A DNA stretch of 64,000 nucleotides from Pseudomonadota bacterium (GTDB lineage Archaea > Thermoplasmatota > SW-10-69-26 > JACQPN01 > JAJPHT01): the NCBI GenBank assembly GCA_021325135.1, contig JAJPHT010000029.1:1-64000 (forward strand). The letters are read 5' to 3'. The notes beneath the pieces were generated by a model. It had not been told where the DNA came from, did no database searches, and saw only the letters and a list, made by a program, of their open reading frames with translations. This document shows positions 36,305-45,817 of the stretch, one piece after another. Position 1 is the stretch's first letter, and every line of letters begins with the position of its first letter. The translations under genes and the position numbers were made by a program.

Positions 36305-37122
36305 GCCTGGTCCACCTCAACGGCTCGCTGGTCCCGGCGGAGGAGGCGCGCGTCAGCGTGCACGACCGGGGCTTCCTCCTTGGCGATGGCCTCTTCGAGA
36401 CGCTGCGCGCCCACTCGGGAAGGCCCGCGTTCCTGGGGGAGCACCTGGCGCGGCTGCGGCACGGGTGCGAGGCGATGCGCTTGCCGTTCCCGGAGGATCT
36501 GCCCTCCCGGGTCGCGGCGACGCTGGAGGCCAACCGCGCGGGGGACTGCGCGGTGCGCGTCACCCTCACGCGGGGCCCCGGAGGGAGGGGCGCCTCGCCG
36601 CGCGGCGCGGGCCCGCCCACCGTGCTCGTCGCCCTCTCGCCCATCCCCTACGAGGAGGCCCTCTACGCGCGGGGCCTGGGGGCCATCGTCTCCCGGGTGC
36701 CGCGGGGCCCGGCGGCGGTGAAGACCACGAGCTACGCGGCCAGCGTGCTGGCGCGGATCGAGGCCGACGAGGCGGGCGCGGACGAGGCCCTCTTCCAGGA
36801 CGAGGCGGGGCGCCTGCTGGAGGCCACCCAGGCGACCCTCTTCGCGGTCCGCGACGGCGCGCTCCTCACCCCGCCGCTGGGGCCCATCCTGCCCGGCGTC
36901 ACGCGGGCGAAGCTGCTGGCCCTCGCCCCGCACGCGGGCCTTCGCCCCGTGGAGGCGCCCCTCACCCGGGACGACCTGCTCGCGGCCGACGAGGCGATGC
37001 TCTGCGCCAGCGTGCTGGAGGTGGCGCCCCTCGCCTCGCTGGACGGCAAGCCGCTGCGCCGCGGCCCCTTCGCGCAGACGCTCCGCGCGCTCTATCGGCT
37101 CCAGGCGACGAGCAGCGGGTGA
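36301..37122 (+). CDS. pabC: class IV aminotransferase / 4-amino-4-deoxychorismate lyase
   Basis: DRGFLLGDGLFETLR, HLARL, KTTSY, ILPGVTR, ADE; GTGA overlap with pabB. Confidence 0.82.
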   Translation: MSLVHLNGSLVPAEEARVSVHDRGFLLGDGLFETLRAHSGRPAFLGEHLARLRHGCEAMRLPFPEDLPSRVAATLEANRAGDCAVRVTLTRGPGGRGASPRGAGPPTVLVALSPIPYEEALYARGLGAIVSRVPRGPAAVKTTSYAASVLARIEADEAGADEALFQDEAGRLLEATQATLFAVRDGALLTPPLGPILPGVTRAKLLALAPHAGLRPVEAPLTRDDLLAADEAMLCASVLEVAPLASLDGKPLRRGPFAQTLRALYRLQATSSG

Positions 37123-37182
37123 AATGCACAAACCGTCACCCTCATCAAGGTGGCACGACGACTGGCCCGCGGGCGCAAGCCC

Positions 37183-37356
37183 ATGGTGGGATCGCACACG
37201 CAACCGATGCAGAGCCAGCTTTTCCTGGAGCGCCGCTTCCAGCTGCCTTCCGACGCGCCGCGCAAGCTCGTCGAGGACATCGAGTCCTACAGCGCCTTCG
37301 TCGAGATGCAATCGCGCATGACGGGACCTGCGTCCTGGTACCAGCGATTGGCCTGA
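37183..37356 (+). CDS. small hypothetical protein (57 aa)
   Basis: Protein-like composition and GC3 bias; start uncertain (37183 or 37207). Confidence 0.5.
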   Translation: MVGSHTQPMQSQLFLERRFQLPSDAPRKLVEDIESYSAFVEMQSRMTGPASWYQRLA

Positions 37357-37358
37357 CG

Positions 37359-37387
37359 CGGGGGTTCGGGGGGCCGCCGCCCCCTGA
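37359..37387. repeat. single REP-like palindrome related to the 6811-6899 element
   Basis: CGGGGGTTCGGGGGGCCGCCGCCCCCTGA closely matches the reverse complement of 6872-6900; lies just after a stop codon. Confidence 0.6.
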
Positions 37388-37461
37388 GACCCGCTCTCTC
37401 TCGATCCAACGGTCGCCGTACTACGAAGGACAAACCCTTCGGCGTGCGAAGAAGCGAGCGG

Positions 37462-38010
37462 ATGAAAGCAAGCTCCCTCCTCGCGGTCGGGTCCGTGGTC
37501 CTTCTGACGTTGGCGACTGGCGCGCAGGCCTCCGGCGGTCCGGCCCCGGACGCCCCGGCTCCAAGCGTGTGGGTGAGCGAGCAGGCGGATTCGGGTCCGA
37601 CGACCACGATCCAGGGCTGCTCCGTCTACGTGCACGCCGATCACGTTCCCGCGGCGTCGGGACAGGTCTCGGTCGTGTGGCGCTCCCAGGGGCCTGGAAA
37701 CCCGGAGTTCGCGAATGCGACGTGGACCGGGACGCCCGAGGCCGACGGCCACGGCTTCTCGGTGCTGTTTGGCCCGGTCGCGATCCCAAACGCCCAGGAG
37801 CAGCAGAAGGCTCCGATGATGGCCTTCGCCGTCCTGGAATGGAACGCGGGCCCGGGCAGCGACGTGCAGGTCGAGTTCAGCCCGGACTTCACCCCCTTGT
37901 GCCAGACCACGGCGAGCGTGCCGTTCTTCCCGTCGCCCCTGGCCCTGGGCTTCGCCGTGGCGGGGAGCGCGGGCGTGGCCGGCGTCGCGCTCTTCGCGCG
38001 CCGGAAGTAG
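37462..38010 (+). CDS. secreted protein with VPFFP-TM-RRK C-terminal sorting signal
   Basis: Signal peptide; C-terminus VPFFPSPLALGFAVAGSAGVAGVALFARRK. Confidence 0.8.
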   Translation: MKASSLLAVGSVVLLTLATGAQASGGPAPDAPAPSVWVSEQADSGPTTTIQGCSVYVHADHVPAASGQVSVVWRSQGPGNPEFANATWTGTPEADGHGFSVLFGPVAIPNAQEQQKAPMMAFAVLEWNAGPGSDVQVEFSPDFTPLCQTTASVPFFPSPLALGFAVAGSAGVAGVALFARRK

Positions 38011-38026
38011 GTCGCGGGATGGGCGC

Positions 38027-41000
38027 CTAGGGGAGGATGCCCGGCGTGTACGTCGCGGTCGACGTGGCCGTCTCCGTGTCGCCGCCGTAGCTCCCCTCCA
38101 GCGTGGCCGTCGCGTGGATGACGTGCGTGCCGGGGAGGTTCATGACGACGGCGTCGACGGGGAGCGGGAACATGGCGGAGCCGTCGTCGCGCGTCGTGGC
38201 GGTGAGTTGGTGCAGCGGGACCTCGGGGCCTCCCGGCGAAGGCTGCCAGCCGATCTGGACGTCCACGTCGTGGTGCGCCAGCGCGCCGAAGGGGGGGTCG
38301 CGCAGCGTGACGAAGCCCAGCCCGCGCGTGGGGGTCTCCAGGTAGGCCCACGCGACGGCGGTGAGGCGATCGTCCACGACCAGCGTGGCGTTGCGCTCGG
38401 AGACGACGCCGTCCTGGTCCGTGACGCGCAGCGTGACGACGTGGGGGCCCACGGTGGCGAACGTCCACGAGACGTTGGCCCCCTTGGCCTGCGCCTGGAA
38501 GCCGTCCGAGGGGTCGAAGTCCCAGGCGTAGGAGAGCTTGCGCGAGTCGCCGTCGGGGTCCGCGGAGCCCCAGCCGGAGAACGGGGCCGCGACGGTGACG
38601 TTGGCGGAGGCTGGAAGTGTTAGCGAGACGACGGGGGGCGCGTTCACGGCCAGCGAGACGTTGAGCGTCTGCGAGGCGTTGAGCGTGCCGTCGCTGGCGA
38701 CCACCGTGAGCGTGTGGCTCCCCGCCTGCGCGGGGGTGGAGGCCCACACCAGCGTCGCGCCCGAGAAGGAGACGCCGGGGGGCGCGTCGGGGCTGCTGAA
38801 CGTGAGGGGGTCGGAGTCGGGGTCGTTGGCCGCGAGGGGCACGCGGAGCGTGGCGCCCGCGCGGCCCGCCTGGTCGGGCAGCGGCGCCAGCGTCGGCGCG
38901 CGGTCCGCGTCGTCGATGACCAGGGTGGCGTCGGCGCTGGCGGTGAGGTTGCCGTCGTTCGCGCGGAACGTGACCACGTAGGTCCCCGCCTGGAGGTAGG
39001 TGGGCGTCCAGCGCAGCACGCGCGCGTTGGGGTCGAACGAGGCGCCCGCCGGAAGGTGCGTCGCCGAGTAGGCGAGCGCGTCGCCGTCGGGGTCCGTCGC
39101 CGCCACCTGGAGCTGGAGGGGCTGCATCTCGCGGCCGCGCGCCGCGGGGATGGGCGAGAAGGCGGGCGCGCGGTCGAGGTCCGCGACGCGCAGCGCGACG
39201 ACGTTCTGCGTCAGGTTGTGGCCGTCCCACGCCTGGAGGGTGAGGTTGTAGGTCCCCGCCTGCGTGTAGTCGGGCGTCCACGAGAACTGCGCCGTGCCGT
39301 TGCCCAGGTCCGAGAAGCGCGCGCCCACGGGGTTCCCCGAGTCGAAGAGCGACACGCGGTCGCCGTCCACGTCGGAGCCGCGCGCCAGGAACGATAGCAC
39401 GGAGCCCTCGCTGGCGGCGAGAGGGCCCTCGATGGAGAGGAGCGGGGGCGCGTTGCGGTGCCCCACGGTGAGGTTGATCGCCTCCGCGTCGGAGAGGAAC
39501 CCGTCGCTGGCCGCGAAGGTCACGGGGCCGTACGCACCCTCCTGCGTGAAGTCGGGCGTCCACGAGAAGCTTCCCGACGCCGTGTCGAAGGTGGCGCCTT
39601 CGGGAAGCCCCGTCGCGGAGAAGGTGACGTTGTCCTGGTCGGGGTCCGCGGCGGAGAGGCGGAACGCGAGGCGCTCGCCCTCGCCCACGACGCGGTCGCC
39701 AATGGGGGAGAGCACCGGCGCGGCGTCGGACACGTCGAACGCCCGCGTCGTGGCGCCGGTCCATCCGTCGGAGTCGGTGACGGTGAGCGTCGCGCTGGCG
39801 GGGCCGGGCGCGGCGAAGGCGTGCGACGCCTGCGCGCCGGTGGCGGTGGCGCCGTCGCTGAACGTCCACGCCCACGAGACGATCGCGCGGCCGCCGCTCT
39901 GTGAGGCGTCCGCGAACGCCATGGGCTTGCCCCACGAGGCGCCCTGGAGGGTGAAGCCCGCCGTGGGCGGGCAGACGCGCGCGGTGGGAATGCTATCGAC
40001 GTAGCAGCTCACGTCCACGGCGTTGCCGCTGCCCTGGTCCGCGATCTTGCCCAGGATGGCGGCGCGCGAGTAGACGCCCCAGTCGTTCTCGCGCGCGTCC
40101 ACGCTGGCGCCGCGGACGCCGGGCCCCAGCGCGAGCGCGGTCGTCCCGCGCAGGAGGTTCGCGGAGAGGCGCGCCGCGGACGCGCCATCGAGGCTCACCG
40201 CGGTGGAGGCGCCGCTGACGACGTAGTTCTCCAGGAGGACGGGCGAGCCGCCGCGCAGCGCGATGGGGCGGTCGGTGGAGGAGAAGACGAGGCCCGTGAG
40301 CGCGCCGCCCGCGGAGAGGTCGGCGTCGACGCCGCGCTCGAAGCGCAGGAGGCTGTCGTGCTCCATGACGAGGTTGGCGCCGCGCGCGTACACGGCGAGG
40401 GGCGCCACGCCCGTGCTGGCGGAGGGCTGGAAGATGTTGCCCGAGACGTTCACGTCGTCGGCGTAGGCGCGCACGATGGCCGCGTCCAGGGGCGAGGCGC
40501 TGGAGTTGGCCGCGATCTTCGCGAAGCTGTCGCGCACCGTCGCGCCGTCGCCCTCCAGGAGGTACGCGCTGGAGGGGCTCGCGGCGCCCATGGTCACGGA
40601 GTTGCCGTCCGCCACGAGGCGATGCGCGGCGGGGGCGACGTGGACGCCCACGACGCCGCAGGGCGCGTGCGCGCAGGTGCCGTCGACGCCGCGGCTCGCG
40701 GGGAGCCCCGAGACGTCGTTTCCGTCGAGGAGCACGTCGTCGCCCCCCGCCACGTCGATGCCGTAGGTCATCCAGCGGCTTGCCAGGGGGCCGGGCTGCG
40801 CGCCGTTCGCGCGCAGGACGTTGTGGCGCGCGACGTCGCGGTCGCCGGTGATCAAGAGGAGCGCGGGTCCGACGCTGGCGCCCGCGCTCTGGTCGGTGGC
40901 GGTGAGGTTGGGGTTCTGGAGGACGAGGCCGCGGAGCGTCGCGTCGGGCGCGAGCATCCGCACCAGGGAGAGGCCGTCCGCGCGCCCGTCCACCACCGCG

Positions 41001-41848
41001 TCGCTTCGATCCTGGCACGCCGCGCCGCCGGGGCCCGTCGCGCAGACGGTGAGGCCCTTGGTGACGTCGAAGCCGGCGTAGACGCCGGGCGCGAGGAGGA
41101 CGGTGGCGCCCGCGGCGGCGCACCCGATGGCCTCCTGCGGGTCGGGGTGCGCGGGCTCGGCGCAGGTGTCTAGCACGGCGGGCACGACGCGGATGGCGGC
41201 GGCCTGCACGGCGAGGTCGTCCACGTAGAGGGGCGCGCCCTGGGGCCACGCGGCGCCGCCGGAGACGACGCTGGTGAGGGAGAGCGAGAGGAGCGTGGCG
41301 CCGGGGTTCGCGGCCGCGAAGGCGGCGAGGCTCTGCGAAGGGCCGCCCGCGCACGGGGCGAACGCGGCGGAGGCATCGAGGGCGCGCTGCGCGTAGGCGG
41401 GCGTGAATGGGAGCGCGCCGGCGCCGTCCACGAGGCAGGCATCCGCGGCGCCGTCGCCGTCGAGGTCCACGTGGAGGGTCTCCGCGAGGGCCATGCCGCG
41501 GGAGGGGTTGGGGGCCTCGTACCAGTAGGAGAGGCCCGTGATGGACGCGAGGTCCGCAGGCTGCGCGAGGTACGCGCGCGCCTCGCCCAGGGAGCCGGAG
41601 GGCTGCGGCGCGGCGCCGGCCTTCCCGAGGTCCACGGACTGCTGGCCGCCGTGCGCGACGGGCGAGGTCTGCGCCCCGTCGAGGAGAAGCTCGAAGCCGT
41701 TGGCGCGGGAGGGCGAGCCTTCGAGGCCCGGGTTCTGCAGCGTCTGCACGCTGGGCGCGGGGGGAGAGACGGCGCCCGCGGGGAGCGCGACGCCAGCGGC
41801 AAGGAGGGCCGCGACGACGAGCAGGGTGCGGAGAGCCGTCTGCGCCAT
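38027..41848 (-). CDS. large secreted protein: beta-helix + PKD + four putative Ig (cadherin-like) domains + PKD
   Basis: Signal peptide; QEAIGCAAAGATVLLAPGVY; DARENDWG; SWAWTFSDG; repeated DPDGD/DPDQD…LPxGA.FD…WTPDY/F; YAWDFD. Confidence 0.88.
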   Translation of the reverse strand: MAQTALRTLLVVAALLAAGVALPAGAVSPPAPSVQTLQNPGLEGSPSRANGFELLLDGAQTSPVAHGGQQSVDLGKAGAAPQPSGSLGEARAYLAQPADLASITGLSYWYEAPNPSRGMALAETLHVDLDGDGAADACLVDGAGALPFTPAYAQRALDASAAFAPCAGGPSQSLAAFAAANPGATLLSLSLTSVVSGGAAWPQGAPLYVDDLAVQAAAIRVVPAVLDTCAEPAHPDPQEAIGCAAAGATVLLAPGVYAGFDVTKGLTVCATGPGGAACQDRSDAVVDGRADGLSLVRMLAPDATLRGLVLQNPNLTATDQSAGASVGPALLLITGDRDVARHNVLRANGAQPGPLASRWMTYGIDVAGGDDVLLDGNDVSGLPASRGVDGTCAHAPCGVVGVHVAPAAHRLVADGNSVTMGAASPSSAYLLEGDGATVRDSFAKIAANSSASPLDAAIVRAYADDVNVSGNIFQPSASTGVAPLAVYARGANLVMEHDSLLRFERGVDADLSAGGALTGLVFSSTDRPIALRGGSPVLLENYVVSGASTAVSLDGASAARLSANLLRGTTALALGPGVRGASVDARENDWGVYSRAAILGKIADQGSGNAVDVSCYVDSIPTARVCPPTAGFTLQGASWGKPMAFADASQSGGRAIVSWAWTFSDGATATGAQASHAFAAPGPASATLTVTDSDGWTGATTRAFDVSDAAPVLSPIGDRVVGEGERLAFRLSAADPDQDNVTFSATGLPEGATFDTASGSFSWTPDFTQEGAYGPVTFAASDGFLSDAEAINLTVGHRNAPPLLSIEGPLAASEGSVLSFLARGSDVDGDRVSLFDSGNPVGARFSDLGNGTAQFSWTPDYTQAGTYNLTLQAWDGHNLTQNVVALRVADLDRAPAFSPIPAARGREMQPLQLQVAATDPDGDALAYSATHLPAGASFDPNARVLRWTPTYLQAGTYVVTFRANDGNLTASADATLVIDDADRAPTLAPLPDQAGRAGATLRVPLAANDPDSDPLTFSSPDAPPGVSFSGATLVWASTPAQAGSHTLTVVASDGTLNASQTLNVSLAVNAPPVVSLTLPASANVTVAAPFSGWGSADPDGDSRKLSYAWDFDPSDGFQAQAKGANVSWTFATVGPHVVTLRVTDQDGVVSERNATLVVDDRLTAVAWAYLETPTRGLGFVTLRDPPFGALAHHDVDVQIGWQPSPGGPEVPLHQLTATTRDDGSAMFPLPVDAVVMNLPGTHVIHATATLEGSYGGDTETATSTATYTPGILP

Positions 41849-41935
41849 GGGCCAGCCTCGCGGGCGGAACGGGAGCGGGAGCGGGGGTCACCTTTCCGCC
41901 TCACCGGCGGGGGTGACCCCCAAGGGGTTACCCGA

Positions 41936-44900
41936 TCAGGGCGGGGACGCCGGGGGGACGTCGGGCGTGGGCACGTCAGGCGAGGGGACGTCCGGCACCG
42001 AGGGCGCGCCGGGGCCGATCACGATGGTGACCGCGCTGGTGGCCGTGGAGAGGCCCGCCGCGTTGGTCGCCGTCGCCTGGAGCTGGTGCATGCCGGCCAT
42101 CATGCCGGTGGTGTCCAGCGTGCAGGAGAAGCCGTCCGCCACCGTCGAGTCCACGCAGACGACCTGGCCGTCCACGGCGAACGACACCGAGAGGACGGGC
42201 GCGCCGTCGTCGGTGGCCGCGACGTCCATGGGCACCTGCTCGCCGGCGACGTAGGCGCCGCCGATGGGGCCCGCGAACGTGGGGTCCTGGAAGCTGGCCG
42301 TGGGGGGCGTCGTGTCGACCTTGACGACGCGCGCGGGGGCGGCCGTCTCAACGTTGCCCGCGTTGTCCACGCTGAACGCCTGGATGGTGTGCGTGCCGTC
42401 GCCCAGGCTGCCGGTGATGCGGCTGCTGCCGGGGACGTTGGTGGACTTGCCGTCGACGACCAGCACGGTGCGCGCGAGGCCGCTGGGGCCCGCGTCGCTG
42501 CGGTCCACCGTGTAGCTCACGGGGGCGGACTGCCACGAGCCGGAGTCGGGGCTGAGGGTCAGCGTCGTGGTGGGCGCCTCGGCGTCCACGAGGGTCGTCG
42601 CGTTGGCGAAGGAGGTCGCGCCGTCGGCGTCCGTGACCATGACGCCCACGGTGACGGGGCCGTCGTCGGTCGCGGCGACCAGGAGGCGCGCGCCGTCGGG
42701 CGAGGCCGCGTAGGTCGCGCCGTCGGTGGTGAACAGGAACGACGCGCTGGAGAGCGCGCCGTCGGGGTCCACGCTGCCGGTGGCGTCGAAGGCGACGACG
42801 CCCGGGCCCGCGGCCGCGGGGGCGACGATCTTCGCGCTGGGCGCGACGTTGTCCACGTGGAAGCCCGCCGTGTGCGTGACGGTCGCGCCGCCGTTGTCCT
42901 GGATGGTCAGCGTCACCACGTAGTCGCCCAGCATCGTGGGCTTGTAGGACACCGAGGTCGCGTTGGCGCCCTGCTGGCCCATGCCGGTCACCGAGTGGTC
43001 GGGGAGCTCCACGGACCACGAGCGCGAGACGACGTAGCCGTCGGGGTCGTGGGACGCGTCGGCGAAGGCCAGCGTCGTGAGGCGCGTGACGCCGCTCGTG
43101 GGCGTCGCGGTGAAGGCCGCGGTGGGGAAGACGTTGTCCAGGCCGAAGCTGGGCGAGGACGCCGCCTCGACGAAGGTGCCCGCGTCGCTCACGGCCTTCA
43201 CGTTGTAGGAGCCGCTGTGCGCGAGGAGCGCCGAGAGGTCCGAGGGCGTGAGGCTGAAGGAGACGCTGCCGCCGGGCGTGGCCACGCTGCGCGAGCAGGA
43301 GCCGCACACGACGTAGGCGGGGTCGGTCGCGCTCACGAGGCGCACGTTCACCGTCTCCAGGACGCGGCTCGCGGTGGAGAGCGTCGCGGTGAGCACGGGG
43401 AAGCTGTTGCTGCTGGCCGCGCAGGTGCTCCCGGAGGAGGCCGCGGGGCACGAGAGCGTCAGCGTCGCGGGCGAGGCCAGCGAGGCGCCCAGCGTCGTCG
43501 CCAGGGGCAGGGGCGTGAACTGGTAGTCCATGGCGTCGGCGACGCTCCAGCCGGCCACGGCGTTGCGCGCGGGGCTGTAGTAGCCGCTGCTGGGCTCGCT
43601 GGAGGTGCCGTACACCGTGGTGTAGACGGAGTCGGGCGTCTGCTGGACGAAGGCCCACGGGACGGGGGCGGGGTCGCCGCCCGCGGCGTTGTGGAACTTC
43701 GCGGGGTCCGCCACCACGAGGACGTGGTCGGAGACGGAGCCGTCCGCCGCGAGGACGTGGTAGACGTTCGCGGGCTGCGACGTGAAGACGTCCGTGCCGT
43801 AGGGGGGCAGGCCGCTGGTGGGCGAGCCGCCGGGCGCGAAGGTGCCCTCCAGCGCGCGCTGGTCGAGAAGCTCGAAGAGCACGTTGGGCGAGGCGGCCAC
43901 GTCGACGGACTTGGGGGAGATGCCCGTGTAGTCCATGGAGGAGATGTCGTACACATACGCGCTCTTGCCGCCCGCGAGGGGCGTCAGGAGCTGGTGGACC
44001 TGCTGCGCGTCGCCGACGACCGAGTTGGCGGGCTGGATGAAGACCGAGTAGCCGTCGCTGAGGTCCGTGCGCGTGGAGACGCCCTGCTGGAGCGTCGCGC
44101 CGCTCAAGACCACGGAGTCCAGCTGAACGTGGGGCTGGGCCGAGGGGTGCGAGGGCTGGCTCTCGCCGTAGGACGTGCCGTAGTAGAGGTTGAAGAAGAA
44201 CTCGTTGAGGCTCTTGCCCTGGAGCTGGTTGCCGAAGTCCATGCAGTAGTGGTGCCAGGCCGCGTCGGCGGGCAGGTCGATGCCGCCGTAGCCGGGCTGC
44301 GTGGAGTGGGCGTCGCCCGCGCCCCAGACGTTCGTCTGGAGGTAGAAGTGGTCCATGACGCCGGCCGCGTCGTAGAAGCGCGCGTCGAAGCACGCCTTCA
44401 CCGAGGGGCCGCCGACCCACGCGCTCTGCGCGGTGGGGGCGCTGAGGTACTGGCCGAAGATGAGGTCCTTGCCGTCGTCCGCGGCGTTGTACTCGATGTC
44501 GACGTAGGCGCCGTTGGAGCCGTCCTCGTAGCCCACGTGGTGGAAGGAGGCGGGGAGCGTGGCGCCGGGCGCGGGGGTCGAGCCGCTCTGGTCGACGACG
44601 TCGGGCTTGTTGAGGATGAGGTGCCAGGGGGCGATGGCGGTCTTGAAGCCGCTCGCGCCGGGCTGGTCGACGCTCTCGTAGCCGCCGTCGCTGTGGCCAA
44701 GCTCGAAGCCGGCGTTGAGGAGGGGGTTCCCGGGCTGGACGAGGCCGGTGGGCTCGCCGTCCACGGTGAAGATGGGGGAGAAGCCCTCGTCGGCGAGGTC
44801 CGCGTCCTTCCAGTCGCCCTGGGCGGCGGCCGCGTTGGCCGCGAGGCTGAAGGAGCCCGAGGGGCAGATGCCGTCGGAGCCGCAGAGGTACTGGCCGTTG

Positions 44901-45352
44901 GCGTCGTCGACGGCGGAGAGGGTGAACGTCACGCCGTCGAAGGGGCCGGCGAAGGAGAGGAGGCTCGCCGGCACGCGCACGGTGCCCGTGCTGGCGGGCG
45001 CGTCCAGGTGGACGTGCGTGGTGTAGATCAGGTCGATGGCGGGGGCGGGCGCGTCGGGGTTGCTGCCGCCGTCGCCGTGGATGCTGTTGAGGTCCACGAC
45101 GTAGTCGGTGACGGGGAAGGGGGCGCCCGAGCCGTCGTGCAGCTCGAAGTCGAAGACGAAGAGGCCACCCACGGAGCTCATGACAACGCCGGCGTTGCCG
45201 GCGACCGCCTGGCGGGGGAAGGCCAGGACGACGAGGTTGTCGGCCCCGCCGGGGGAGTTGTCGGCGGAGACGGCGGCGAGGGGAGCGAGGGCGGCCAGAA
45301 GGGTCGCGGCCAGAAGGGCGGCGAACGCGCGCGTGCGGGACGAGCTTGACAA
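41936..45352 (-). CDS. large secreted protein with unknown N-terminal region, PKD domains and C-terminal Ig-like domains
   Basis: Signal peptide; NAGFE; DASHDPDG, GSVDPDG; SVDNAGNVE; Big-like 'V.F.VDG…H.L.ATATNAAG'; PDVP-repeat tail. Confidence 0.88.
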   Translation of the reverse strand: MSSSSRTRAFAALLAATLLAALAPLAAVSADNSPGGADNLVVLAFPRQAVAGNAGVVMSSVGGLFVFDFELHDGSGAPFPVTDYVVDLNSIHGDGGSNPDAPAPAIDLIYTTHVHLDAPASTGTVRVPASLLSFAGPFDGVTFTLSAVDDANGQYLCGSDGICPSGSFSLAANAAAAQGDWKDADLADEGFSPIFTVDGEPTGLVQPGNPLLNAGFELGHSDGGYESVDQPGASGFKTAIAPWHLILNKPDVVDQSGSTPAPGATLPASFHHVGYEDGSNGAYVDIEYNAADDGKDLIFGQYLSAPTAQSAWVGGPSVKACFDARFYDAAGVMDHFYLQTNVWGAGDAHSTQPGYGGIDLPADAAWHHYCMDFGNQLQGKSLNEFFFNLYYGTSYGESQPSHPSAQPHVQLDSVVLSGATLQQGVSTRTDLSDGYSVFIQPANSVVGDAQQVHQLLTPLAGGKSAYVYDISSMDYTGISPKSVDVAASPNVLFELLDQRALEGTFAPGGSPTSGLPPYGTDVFTSQPANVYHVLAADGSVSDHVLVVADPAKFHNAAGGDPAPVPWAFVQQTPDSVYTTVYGTSSEPSSGYYSPARNAVAGWSVADAMDYQFTPLPLATTLGASLASPATLTLSCPAASSGSTCAASSNSFPVLTATLSTASRVLETVNVRLVSATDPAYVVCGSCSRSVATPGGSVSFSLTPSDLSALLAHSGSYNVKAVSDAGTFVEAASSPSFGLDNVFPTAAFTATPTSGVTRLTTLAFADASHDPDGYVVSRSWSVELPDHSVTGMGQQGANATSVSYKPTMLGDYVVTLTIQDNGGATVTHTAGFHVDNVAPSAKIVAPAAAGPGVVAFDATGSVDPDGALSSASFLFTTDGATYAASPDGARLLVAATDDGPVTVGVMVTDADGATSFANATTLVDAEAPTTTLTLSPDSGSWQSAPVSYTVDRSDAGPSGLARTVLVVDGKSTNVPGSSRITGSLGDGTHTIQAFSVDNAGNVETAAPARVVKVDTTPPTASFQDPTFAGPIGGAYVAGEQVPMDVAATDDGAPVLSVSFAVDGQVVCVDSTVADGFSCTLDTTGMMAGMHQLQATATNAAGLSTATSAVTIVIGPGAPSVPDVPSPDVPTPDVPPASPP

Positions 45353-45523
45353 GGGGAAGCCTCCGGTGCTTGCTTCTGGCCGCCTGCAAGCCAGGGCCCT
45401 TCAAGGCCTTTCTCAGGAAACCCTAGGTGGTTACACCCTTTTGGCTGCGCAGGGGCAAGACCCAAGGGGGGTCGGCCCGGCGTTCCGGAAGCTTTTCCCA
45501 CCCGGGGGCCCGAGGGGCGGCGC

Positions 45524-45811
45524 ATGGCCCCCCGCGTCGACGCGCGCTACCTGCCGGGCCTCCTGGCGACCGCGGGGAGGGCCATCTCCCGCCACCCGGC
45601 CGCCTCGGGCGTCGTGGCCCGGGTCCGCACCGCCCGCACGCCGGAGGACCTGGCGCGCATCCTCTCGCCCCTGGACTTGAGCCTCGCTCCCCCGGCGCGC
45701 CAGCTCGTGGAGGATGCCCTCGCCGGCGGCCCGCGCTGGAAGGCCGCCCACGCGGCCCTCGTGCGCAGCGCGGAGCAGTCGCTGGCGGAGCGTTTCTGGC
45801 CGGGGTCTTGA
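45524..45811 (+). CDS. small hypothetical protein
   Basis: ATG ~25 nt after AAGCTTTTCC; helical protein-like sequence. Confidence 0.6.
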   Translation: MAPRVDARYLPGLLATAGRAISRHPAASGVVARVRTARTPEDLARILSPLDLSLAPPARQLVEDALAGGPRWKAAHAALVRSAEQSLAERFWPGS

Positions 45812-45817
45812 GGGGGC

